A stretch of DNA of 64,000 nt from Nageia nagi (taxonomy: Eukaryota > Plantae > Pinophyta): NCBI GenBank assembly GCA_050084985.1, contig JBITNC010000001.1, positions 64,418,001-64,482,000 on the forward strand, written 5' to 3'. Shown here piece after piece: positions 50,701 to 59,407 of the stretch (position 1 is its first letter; each line of letters starts with the position of its first letter). The translations under genes were made by a program, and so were the position numbers. The notes under the pieces were generated by a model. It did no database searches. It was not told the origin of the DNA and saw only the letters and a program-made list of their open reading frames with translations.

Positions 50701-53231
50701 ACCCCCACGTTTCGGAAGTGAAACATGCTGGGTACAATGTGCCTATGTTTATGAAGAAACATCTTGGGTCTTCGCATTTTGTCAGTAACTTGGACAAAAT
50801 GCTGATTTCTTGATATTTTTATGGTTGAATCAGGTTCAAACTTCAACATATTGGAGGATCAACTATGTGGAAGATGTTTCATCTGGGTGTCGATGTTCTT
50901 TTATGACCAATGTGACATCCCTGCTACTGTATTGAGGTGGGAAGTGAAATCCGAAAACCTAAGTCTATGCCCACTGTCTGATTAATGATTATAGCACTTG
51001 ATGTTGTCCATTACACCTTGAAGGGTTTGGCTATTGGGCTATTAAATATTCCAGCTCAAAGCTCTTTTAATATTTTTGGCTGCAGCCAAGGAGATGGAGG
51101 AGGACCATTTAATCCATGTGATCAATAAACTAGCATTGCTGACTTGTTGCTTTTTCGCCTGAGATGCCCTTTTGAAGTAGACTTAGGTCCAAATGCTATT
51201 CACACTTTACACCAGGCATCAGGTGTTTTCTTCACACATCTTGATGCTACTATTTACTTCATAAAAGTTAAAAATAAACGCCACTAACATTTTATAAGGA
51301 AGGGCCCCTAGTAATATAGCGCCTATATGAGATACAGTGATTCTGGTCAAGGCCAAGCAAGAGACAAAGGCACATATTTACCTGTAATTTCAGCCAACCT
51401 GAGCTGGCCCTTATTGATTAGTGGCATCATTTTTAATGGAAATTTACCTCCCTAAGCTAAGAAAGAGACAGGCGCATATGTCATCGTGACATCAGCCAGC
51501 CTGAGCTGGCCCTTCTTGATTAGAGGTGCCCTTTTTAAAGGGAGTTTACTCTCAAAAACTTCACTAAACCTTGTTTGGCTTTACATCACTGTTCGTTGAT
51601 ACTTTAGATTTTCTAAGTTACATGCCTTCAATAAATGAAATATCCACCAAGGTATAGACTATCGCCCTTCAAACATGCTGCTATTTAGTAACTTCTATCT
51701 TCCAAGGCCTGGATTGATTAAACATGCTGCTGCAAAACAAAATCTGCCAATCAAGTTAAAAGATTATTTTTTAAATAAATACAAGTTGTATAAGTGGTGA
51801 TTTGGTTGAAATAAAAAGTCTATAATGTCAAGGCCTATTCTGTAAGGATGGGTCAGCATGGTTAAAACATTTAACTGTTTTTTGATATGAGATACATGTG
51901 ACAATGGTTAAATGGTCACCAATCTCAGCATCAGAAAATCTTACTATTTGTAATTTTAGGATTCTTGACTGCTAATTTTTTATTTTGAAGAGTATCTTGT
52001 TAGGCTGATTAGTTGCATTTAGCAGTCTATCTTCTTGTACAGTGCCTTTTTTTGTCAAAGAAACATTTCTAGTTTCCCTAGAGTAATGAGACTAATTTTT
52101 TAAATGGCTTGAGCAACGCCAAATGATTGCTGCTTGTAATATTGCTTCATTTTCATATGATGTATTTTATCAATTCTGCCGCCCAGTAAGTCCTAATTTT
52201 GTGGATGCAAAAAGGAGTTAAATATATGTGTGCGTGTGTACAGAATATTTTGATGCAAGAAGGCATGTCCATTCATATATCTTGTGAAGAGATCATTACA
52301 ATAAAACTTGCCATGAAATTCCGCTGTTATGTTATTAATTTGATATAACTACGTCAATATTTGAGAAAATATTAAAAATGTTGAAAGTTAAGTGAACAGA
52401 TCTTCTCAAAACTAGAAGAGAAAAGATGGATGCAAATTAAGTCACTTAGAGTGCATAAACAAACTGAAACCTTATGAACGAAATGGATGCGTAATTCTGT
52501 TACTGAATCATTCTACAAGGGGGGGAAGATTATGGACTTTGTAGCGGTGAAGGTTTATCAATGGTCTGTTATGGTTTGCAGGACAACCCTGTTGGAGCGG
52601 GAGGAGCGCAAAGGTGTTGTAGATCTTATTGCCAACACGATGCAGGCTCTGTCATCTGTTCAAGATGTAGCTTATAAATATGCTGCATATGCAAGACTAA
52701 GCAGTTTAAATGATTTGGGTAAGCGGTATTGAGTTATGCTTAGAAAACTATATGAGGCTGACAATCTTGAAATGAGACCATTTCTTGTTGAACTCGGATG
52801 CTTTCTATAGTCAATTCAAAATTGTTATACACATCTTTATGACTTTGATGATCAATTTGCTTGTATGCATAGAAACAGGTGACAAGAAAAGACAGACTGT
52901 TGCATCTGAGGGATCCTCCAAGAAGAAACTGATGCAAAACACTTCTAAGAATGAAGATCAAGACCCCTTGACTCTGAAACAAACAGAGAATGCACATGAA
53001 GAATTGTTCACACCTGGGACACTCTTCCATGTTCGTGGTAGGTGTGTTGCCACAACAGATAATAAAACTACAGGAAACAGAGAAAATTGTACTTTATGGA
53101 AAGCTTATCCTAAGGAGCACTTTGGTAGGATAGTCCTCTCTAGTACAATGGTATCTGATCATAAATGTGATAATCATTATTATGCTTTACGGGATGTGCT
53201 GAAGGGATTGCCAAAGATGGGTGATAGATAA
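2431..53231 (+). CDS. Class 3 lipase (Lipase_3 / DAG-lipase-like alpha/beta hydrolase), 5'-partial spliced gene: join(2431..2630,19795..20145,20492..20692,20795..20865,52582..52718,52873..53231); first exon(s) upstream of window
   Basis: Six exons with GT-AG boundaries and compatible phases (1|0|0|0|2|1) join into one stop-free frame (1,319 bp): [12 protein letters not shown]...[13 protein letters not shown]...IRGT...HFG...GHSLGG...ATPPC...QDDAIPR...[12 protein letters not shown]...GDR*. Ser (GHSLGG), Asp (DDxxPR) and a candidate His (SDH) of the triad are present. Confidence 0.92.
2869..3487 (+). mobile_element. Decayed 5' LTR plus tRNA-Met PBS of a truncated LTR retrotransposon
   Basis: TGTTAGG at 2869, TATATAA near 3417, ...CTACA at 3475 immediately followed by TGGTATCAAAGC (3476-3487); no recognisable gag follows. 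Confidence 0.55.
4572..5318 (-). repeat. 3' LTR of chromovirus
   Basis: Direct repeat of 10700..11472; minus-strand termini TGTAATGTCCCC...GGCACATTATA. Confidence 0.93.
5331..9751 (-). pseudogene. Gypsy gag-pol polyprotein, broken by stops, frameshifts and small deletions
   Basis: ORFs 7430..9463 (gag, [10 protein letters not shown] protease, [12 protein letters not shown]), 6803..7378 (RNase H, DASG), 6157..6798 and 5521..6141 (integrase, SMDFI, SDRD), 5331..5630 (chromodomain [17 protein letters not shown]). Confidence 0.93.
10700..11472 (-). repeat. 5' LTR of chromovirus (with internal 42-bp tandem duplication 11366..11449)
   Basis: Direct repeat of 4572..5318; adjacent to the PBS. Confidence 0.93.
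12331..13265. mobile_element. Non-autonomous TIR DNA transposon (hAT/Tag1-like MITE)
   Basis: TIR CAGTGTTCCA / TGGAACATTG; subterminal GGGAA(A)CG motifs at both ends; flanks AAATAAC / GAATAAC. Confidence 0.75.
14209..16085 (+). mobile_element. 5'-truncated non-LTR retrotransposon (LINE), RTEX/L2-Crack-like RT with C-terminal Cys/His motif; pseudogenised
   Basis: Manual translation: [13 protein letters not shown]...[11 protein letters not shown]...LQRQLDAL...[11 protein letters not shown]...YTYLGVQF; [19 protein letters not shown]; [12 protein letters not shown]...RTC*LC...[18 protein letters not shown]; AT-rich 3' tail. Confidence 0.85.
17520..18700 (+). mobile_element. Gypsy chromovirus 3' remnant: internally deleted integrase, chromodomain, PPT and 3' LTR (18399..18700)
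   Basis: [31 protein letters not shown] fused directly to [14 protein letters not shown]; [17 protein letters not shown]; PPT GTGGGGTGGCA then TGTTAGG...GCATCA. Confidence 0.85.
18790..19375 (+). mobile_element. Highly decayed Ty1/Copia RT fragment with exact 78-bp tandem duplication (18840..18917 / 18918..18995)
   Basis: [38 protein letters not shown] remnants with many stops. Confidence 0.8.
19454..19509. repeat. (AT)n microsatellite
   Basis: Uninterrupted AT dinucleotide run. Confidence 0.95.
19795..20145 (+). CDS. Lipase class 3 gene, second exon in window
   Basis: ttccag|GTACAG...CACGAG|gtgag; [15 protein letters not shown]...[14 protein letters not shown]...[11 protein letters not shown]. 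Confidence 0.93.
20165..20335. repeat. Two-copy ~90-bp tandem duplication in a short lipase intron
   Basis: GAAGTTCATTCAAATGCATACTG(T/C)AAACACATTTCATTTTCT occurs at ~20171 and ~20261. Confidence 0.85.
20492..20692 (+). CDS. Lipase class 3 gene, third exon in window (catalytic Ser, GHSLGG)
   Basis: ttacag|GGTTTT...CTTCAG|gtataa; [23 protein letters not shown]...GIATPPCVS. Confidence 0.95.
20795..20865 (+). CDS. Lipase class 3 gene, fourth exon in window (catalytic Asp; missed by ORF track)
   Basis: ttctag|GATGAC...GATTG|gtaac; [23 protein letters not shown](W). Confidence 0.9.
22040..23560 (-). mobile_element. Putative poly(A)-tailed retroposon (LINE-derived, non-autonomous or ORF1-like relic)
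   Basis: T-run at 22040-22049 abutting TTTATT (AATAAA plus polyA on the minus strand); compositionally distinct, with broken E/K/G-rich minus-strand frames; no TSD found. Confidence 0.4.
24952..26069 (+). repeat. 5' LTR of PDS5-carrying element
   Basis: Direct repeat of 29688..30781; TATA-like CTATAAG near 25537; followed by the PBS. Confidence 0.93.
26232..26921 (+). pseudogene. PDS5: Intronless sister-chromatid-cohesion protein PDS5 N-terminal (HEAT/ARM) domain captured in an LTR element; one in-frame stop (26727-26729)
   Basis: [20 protein letters not shown]...[29 protein letters not shown]...[25 protein letters not shown]...[10 protein letters not shown]...[34 protein letters not shown]...[18 protein letters not shown]. 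By recall this is colinear with the plant PDS5 N-terminus (VKVAVAACISEITRITAPDAPYDD...SMENIMTLVLEESEDI...CASKLK). Confidence 0.88.
27557..29399 (+). repeat. Degenerate 24-bp tandem array reading as a hydrophobic 8-aa repeat (consensus ~ M-F-G/E-A/T-A-F-L-M), broken into four ORFs
   Basis: Units spaced 24 bp, e.g. 27815/27839 and 29047/29071/29095; ORFs 27557..28081, 28125..28913, 28852..29139, 29133..29399 are M/A/F/V/T-rich. Confidence 0.65.
29688..30781 (+). repeat. 3' LTR of PDS5-carrying element
   Basis: Direct repeat of 24952..26069; preceded by the PPT. Confidence 0.93.
30829..30992. mobile_element. Small degenerate TIR element (MITE)
   Basis: Left CAAAGTAGAGAAACT vs rc of right end CATAGAAGCGAAACT; flanks CTTTGAC / CTTTGGC. 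Confidence 0.5.
31147..31431. repeat. Two-copy ~145-bp tandem duplication
   Basis: CCAATTAGGAAGTGCCAACC...GATGTCATGTACAATGGG...AGATGTGATT at ~31147 and ~31292. Confidence 0.85.
31620..32096 (-). repeat. 3' LTR of Copia element
   Basis: Direct repeat of 50362..50848 (TGAGAATAA...CAAACTTCAACA on +). Confidence 0.92.
35689..35727. repeat. (TA)n microsatellite followed by poly-T, in the partial LTR copy only
   Basis: The homologous site at ~39525 has only poly-T. Confidence 0.9.
40105..43349 (+). pseudogene. Degraded long ORF of unknown function embedded in the giant LTR (retrotransposon accessory ORF)
   Basis: ATG 40105 downstream of TATAAA 39252; successive + strand fragments including 331-aa 40547..41542 ([24 protein letters not shown]), an acidic linker and a coiled-coil-like C-part; homologous start at 36192 in the partial copy. 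Confidence 0.7.
44963..46566. mobile_element. Solo LTR (1.6 kb) inserted in the Copia RT
   Basis: TGTTG...TACA termini; TSD CTTAC (44958-44962, 46567-46571); host frame KWVYKTK...KV|RLV rejoins on removal; contains ~79-bp tandem repeats (45085..45350) and CCGGA-rich repeats (45870..46460). Confidence 0.88.
49255..50176. mobile_element. Non-autonomous TIR DNA transposon (hAT-like MITE) inserted in Copia gag
   Basis: TIR CTAAGTTACTAG / CTGGTAACTTAG; GAACC/GGTTC subterminal repeats including a 32-bp tandem at 50097..50160; flanks CCAATAC / TCAATAC; removal restores gag DYEYWSIK. Confidence 0.85.
50362..50848 (-). repeat. 5' LTR of Copia element
   Basis: Direct repeat of 31620..32096. Confidence 0.92.
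51360..51550. repeat. Two-copy ~105-bp degenerate tandem duplication
   Basis: AGAGACA(A)AGGC.CATAT...CAGCCA.CCTGAGCTGGCCCTT.TTGATTAG occurs twice. Confidence 0.7.
52582..52718 (+). CDS. Lipase class 3 gene, fifth exon in window
   Basis: ttgcag|GACAACC...GATTTGG|gtaag; completes the TG+G Trp codon across a 31.7-kb intron; [30 protein letters not shown]. Confidence 0.87.
52873..53231 (+). CDS. Lipase class 3 gene, terminal exon
   Basis: gcatag|AAACAGG; [12 protein letters not shown]...[28 protein letters not shown]; stop TAA at 53229-53231. Confidence 0.9.
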
Positions 53232-54671
53232 TTATTTTATTCTTGGAACTGTCACCAACATCTGTTTTTGTGTTTCACTGCAAGACATTGCTCGAGTAAG
53301 TTATTCCGATTTGTCTCAAGTCCCGTTGCATATGCAGGGGCGTGTAGAAAGAAATTAATTGAAATGAAACCAGTGTGTTGTTTTGTGATATAGAGGTAGG
53401 TTGGAGAATTTATTACTACATAACATAATATTATCATTCTTATCTCAACTAGCATGACCCCTGTATTTATAAAGCCTTTTACTTTAACTAAGTGATTTAT
53501 GCTATAGAGTTGAGTGTGTTCAAATTTATCTGTATTTAATTGTATAATTCTTGATAAGCCGAAATATATGTTTAAAAGGTTATTATAAGTCCTCAAAGTT
53601 GCCTGTTTTGAACTAATATAAGCATTACGGACCTATCAACCATTTTGTGAGGTTGATAGTTTTGTACATTAATAATGAATGAATGAACTTCAAACAATGG
53701 CACTACACTATTTTATATGATTTTTTCTGTTATCTTTTCAAACAGTTATATAAAATTAAGAGCAAAATACACATATTTATCTTCATAGAAACTTAAGTAA
53801 AATGTTACTCTTTTTTATTTTATACAAGTTCAAATTATATTTGAAAGGATGATTGAAGGCTTGACATTTGATTTGGGAGTAATATAATCTTCTAACTTGA
53901 TATGTAAAACTTGCAATGTTATTGAAATTTAACATTTTGCATAATAACATTTATCAATCCAAGGCATTGAGAATTTTCTCTTTTACTTGATGGAGTCTCA
54001 TGGTTACCAAATAGATTCCATTTATCACAGGAAACCCCTGCTTTTTTAAATGTTAATGTTGAATTTTCAATTAACATTTTGTAGATGTGGATCATAAGTA
54101 ACAAAAAATACAACTGAACTTAAAAGAATCTAGATCTATATTCATAAAGGTAGAAGATTAGCATTCAAAAATTGTTGCAGTATTCTTAAATAAAACCATT
54201 GTGATTCTTGAAACATACAAAATTTTGTTGCAATGTTATTTCAGTTGACAAGGTTTTCAAGCATTCATATTATAGGTTTTAACAAGAATTCTTTTCCATG
54301 TATTTTTTTTTACTTGATCTTATTTTTTCATTCTTTGTTTGAAATAGATTCAACATATGCTATTATTTGTAGTTATTTTTCATTCATAGTATATTGTATT
54401 GATTAGTTAGGTTGTTTAGTCATTTTTTAAATTTTCACATCATACAAGATAAAAACAAACAAATACATTTTTTCTATATGTAGCATTTGTGAAATTCTAA
54501 ATAACGATCATTAGAGAAAACCACAATTGCAATGAATGAAATGAAAATAAAGAGCAACTTTGCATTCACAACAAGAAGTATTATAAGCCTCTTCAAGCGG
54601 GTAACTTCCAAATACAAGATACTTGTATTACTTTTCACAAAGATGAAAACATTACAATGTTAAAAAAGTTT

Positions 54672-54822
54672 TATTTATTTGTCGAGTATGTCCTTACTTG
54701 GATTCTCTTTTCAAATTTGAGCATCTATTTTTATAACAAGCATAATATTATTTGTTGAGTATGTCCTTACTTGGATACTCTTTTCAAATTTGAGCATCTG
54801 TTTTATAATAAGCATAATAATA
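54672..54822. repeat. Two-copy ~74-bp tandem duplication
   Basis: TTATTTGT.GAGTATGTCCTTACTTGGAT.CTCTTTTCAAATTTGAGCATCT...AAGCATAATA occurs twice. Confidence 0.85.
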
Positions 54823-55849
54823 TCGGATCTTCTTATTTGCTCCTTGGCTTAACATGGCAATCTCCATCACGAGATCTAATTTTTTATTTTTATTTTTACA
54901 TTTTGCAAATCAAACTCTTTTAATGATTTTTTATTTTATTTTTTAACTTGATCTTAAGAATCTCATAATTTCCTCCAATTTATCCTTGATTTATCTTCAG
55001 CTGGTATTGCAGAGGAAAGGCTCAAGGGGTTACCAAGGTTTCCAAAGTTTCATGGTAGCTTATCAGGCTCCACTCCTTTCATTCCTCCCCTTACTATGGG
55101 GACATTCAACTAGCTACGTTTGTCCTTTCATGATGCCGTTCAGGGTGAGTGCTGGGTACCTAGGACGTTAGCCCATATTTGGGGATCTCACCTGATGAAA
55201 AGCTTCTAAAAGCACAATCATGATCTTCGCACAAGAAGGCATACAGAGATTGTGTACAGAGATTGTGTCTTATTGGTACAGATGCTACGTTAGAGTGACT
55301 ATGAATGCCATTGCTTGACGATATGACTACGCATTGTAGTGCTAATGTCATGCCCAGAAGGGCATGCCCTACCCATAGGAGCCTTGTACCATTTATAGGT
55401 CATTTTGTCAAGAAAGTTTGGAGGAAATTCTACCTATCGTGGTTTCATTATTAGGCCATTGCAAATGTATGGTCTTTTGAACAAATACTTATGCATCCTC
55501 ATAAGACTAAGTAAAGAAACCACGATTTTTATTCATAATGACACAAACTCCTTTGAATGCAGAATTACCACTATTAAGGGATGGCCCTAACAATAAAAAT
55601 AAAAGTATTGATTATTTTATCACTAAAAAAATACAATATCGAGCCTCCTTCTTATGATTATATTTTATATTGATGCATTAGTGTTTGTATGGTTTGAATA
55701 ACATAATCAATAATATGATGTCACAAAAGGACAAGTGTTATATAAGCATACTTTCAACTGAATATAAGTGAATAAATTTTTGTAGACACTTAAAAATGAT
55801 TTTCTATTTATTATAAAATCATATTTAATGTATCTATACTTAGATATGT

Positions 55850-58800
55850 TACGCTCTTGAGCTCTCAAATGATTTATATTTTATGCACATTATCTAACTC
55901 AAAATATGGAAATTTCGATGTTTTTTCTCGAGGTAAACAAAGTGATAAATCTAAGAGGCATTGCTTATCTTCATAGCATAGAATTAAAAAAATGATTTTT
56001 TGAAAATACGGCTTGGGTATAAATACATAAAAATGGTCAAAAAAAGTCAAAGTACAATGAATACGACAAAAATTCATGGATTTAAAAATTCGTAAATACA
56101 AAAAATTCGAGAAAAAATGGTAAATAAACAAAAAATACGAGAAAAGTTCGTGGAAAAAAATGAAAAAATTTGGCAAAAAAAAAGAACAAAAGATAAGAAA
56201 AAAATGTCAAATTCGGGAAAAATATGTGGTGCATTAAAAAATTAAAAAATATGCAATTTTTTTTAATAATTTTCTATAGAATATGCTTATTTGATTGCCA
56301 TAAATGATTAAATCATTCTCATAAACAACCATATCATCTACCAGAATATTCATAAATCATAACATTAACATATAAAAATAAAAGTAATCTACAAAATGTA
56401 TGTTGGATCAAGATGTCTACTCATAAAATCATAAGTCATAAGTGCATTACTATTGTCTCATACACTCATATTTCCACTAAGCACCAAGCATCAACAAAGT
56501 ACAAATAATACTAAATAACTAAATACAATGTCTTATGAGTCAGGACTCATCAATGTGTGAGGTCTAGGGCTCTAGCTCTTTTACTAATCAAACGACTGCC
56601 CCTACTACCTCCACCACCATGTGCTCGTGCTCCATTAATAGGAGACTAAGAAGTCGCTCTCATATGGGTAAGAGCACTATGAGGAGGCAATCTTAAACTA
56701 CTAGAACCGCCACCAACACTCTTGCGAGGCCTCTTTACCTCTGGTACCTAACAAGTGGTTCATCATCTCAAAGTCACTTTTAATGTCTCAGTAAACCTGA
56801 TGCTTATAAACCTGTTGAAATCCAACAGCATGATCAAACTCTACAATAGGAGAAAATGGATCAAAATGTTGATGCTCCTCCTCCTCACCCTCCTCTACAA
56901 GTTCATCTATCTCCTACTCCATGTCAGGCCATTATTCTCGAAATGCTTCATGTAACTCCTCCTTTGGATATGTCACTACATCCACTAGAGGTGCATCACT
57001 GCAAAACAAGCAAAAAAAAAGTCAACATTTATAATTTTATATGACCTATAAAGAGTTTTTAAAAATCACATGTAAGGGGTGGGAGTAGAATGAAGAAAAG
57101 AACCTATATGAAGGATCAATGGTAGTTAAGTTAATGGGCTTGTCCTCATCCTTCTTTTGCAGTTTCCTCACATACAATCACAAGTTAACATTGATTTACA
57201 CAATATCATTCAAGTGTTATGTTGTCAACCTAATAACATAATTTTTTTTAATAATAAGAACTGAGAGTGAGAAGTAAAAAGTGTCCACTGAATTTTGAAA
57301 GTTGAAAGGAATCAAAATTGAGATGAATCAAATTTCTAACTTGTTGCACTTCTTGGAGTGAAGTTTTTCAAATGCACTCCAATTGCATTCACATCTTGAA
57401 GCATTACATTGAGGATGCAAATGGCAAATCCTTGCAACTCAAATGTTTCACCCCCGAAATTCGTCCACCACAACTCTAAAAAATGAAGTAATGAAGAAAA
57501 ATAAAAAAATATTAAATATTTAAAGGCCTAAATGTATAAACTTAAAAAGTTAAATTATAAATATAAAATCAAAACTTAAAGTTCTAAACTACAAAAAATG
57601 TAAATAATGAACTTTAAACTTTTCTCACCTAGAGAGATTGAGAATGTGCCTCTTTAGCAGACCGATAACCAAAGAGACCTCTTGAGTGCTTGTATGAATC
57701 AAGCTCCTTGAAGATTTTGGATTTAACCGTGGGATCCTGAACCATACTAGCTATGCATTTTGTTAGCCCCAAGTTAGCATGAGAATCAGTCTTGTATTTA
57801 GAGTTTGGTGCGAAAAAATAAGATAGGGTTCAAGATGGCCCCTACTACATGACTAGGGCAATATAACATATTCCACCATCGTTCATCAATGAGAGTACAA
57901 AACTCTATGTGCTTGTTACCGAACTCATAATCCTCATCAAGGTAGTCAATATAATAATGCATTAAGGCCTCCTTGGCCCTAGCCATGAGCTCATATAAGT
58001 AGCCTATAGTGGGCCAATCACTATCAACCAGATAAAGGACTCATATAAGTGGTGCAACCATGCTACAAATCTTTTTGAGCATCATCCAAAATTCATCTTT
58101 GGATATCAAAGAAGACACTGCTATGCCCTCTGGTCTCATGCTCATGGCTATATCACTCCACTATCTAGAAAAAAATTTTGAACACAACTCATGCATGTTC
58201 TTGAATATCAACTAAAGACTAATGAAATTGGAGGCAAAATGTGTAACTCTTAGATGTAACAAGTCCTTATCATTGGTGTACCATCATGCTAAAAATGATG
58301 GTTTTATTATAATTGTACCTTGTAACATAAGTCTTTTAATAATCTAATATAAGAAAATATATGATAAGATAAGATAAATGTACCTTCTAATTGTCTTTTC
58401 TTGGTCAACCACCTCTCTCACCCAAGACATTTTGTTTATGTCCTCCAGAAGAAGATCAATGCAATAACAAGCACATGGAGTCTAGTACAAGGAGGGATAA
58501 ATATTCATGAGCTTGTTACTTGTTGAAACATAACCAAAAGCATTTTCCATGACCACCTAGACAACGTGCTTCACCCTCGCCTCCTTCACAAACTAATCTA
58601 ATAAGTCACATAACAAGTTTGCATCTTTTGCCTTATCAGATGCATCTATGGATTTCTTGAATATTGTACCATTTTTTGAGTATACAAAAAAATTAATGAA
58701 GCTTATATTCTTATTATCCAACCATCCATCAGAAAATATGGTGCAACCTGATATCTTCCAAGATTCTTCAATGTCAACCATTATGAAAAAATAGAGCAAA

Positions 58801-59407
58801 ACTAAAATAAAACAACTAAATAAAAAAAGTATTTAAAAACTACAAGTGTAATTTGTAAACATTACACATAAAACACTAAACTCTAAACATATATTAAAAA
58901 AAAAATAATTAATAATTAAAATTTAATACATATTGATATTACATACCTTTCACGAACTTCTTGCTTGAGATACCTCATGAGAGACCCTTGCATTTTTGCA
59001 TGAATGGGTCCCACATACCTAGGCCCAATTGTAGCCATTGTATCGATTGTTGGTTTCCAAAATATGCTTTTGGTAATGTAGATTGGAAATCTATAATAAA
59101 TCAATTTTGCCAACATCAAATCAACTTATTTCTTCTCCTTCTTCTTCAACATACTGATAATAGATGGTTGGGCTTCAGGAGTTGTCCATGGCTGAAAGTA
59201 GGAATGGATTCCAACTCTAATGATCCAAAATTTGGATCCTTTCAATTTTCAAAAAAGTCTTTTTCAATGTGTTCAGCATGTTTAGCTTTTCACAATGCTT
59301 TTTTCAGATCGAAAATCCAATCCTGTTTAATCAAGTTATGGTGTTTTAAAGTTTGTGTTGTTGGAATGTATAATGCATTATTGTAAAGGTTTGTATTAAA
59401 TATTTTA
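55850..59407 (-). mobile_element. Decayed hAT DNA transposon (DUF659 plus hAT dimerisation domain, Tag1-like), intron-containing, interrupted at 59408 by a Copia element
   Basis: Minus-strand peptides WKISGCTIFSDGWLDNKNISFINFFV..GTIFKKSIDAS, PCACYCIDLLLEDI, LVDSDWPTIGYLYELMARAKE..IDERW..LNP, WWTNFGGETFELQ, RCECNWSAF; left boundary approximate. Confidence 0.85.

Larger units (their letters stand above)
31620..50848 (-). mobile_element. Full-length Ty1/Copia element (short LTRs), split by three nested insertions
   Basis: LTRs 31620..32096 and 50362..50848; TSD TATTG (31615-31619, 50849-50853); degenerate PBS TGGAATCAGACC (rc 50347-50358); PPT AAGGGGGAGAA next to 32096; gag ATG near 50239 ([16 protein letters not shown]), RGRGRGR and [51 protein letters not shown], RNase H. 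Confidence 0.94.
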
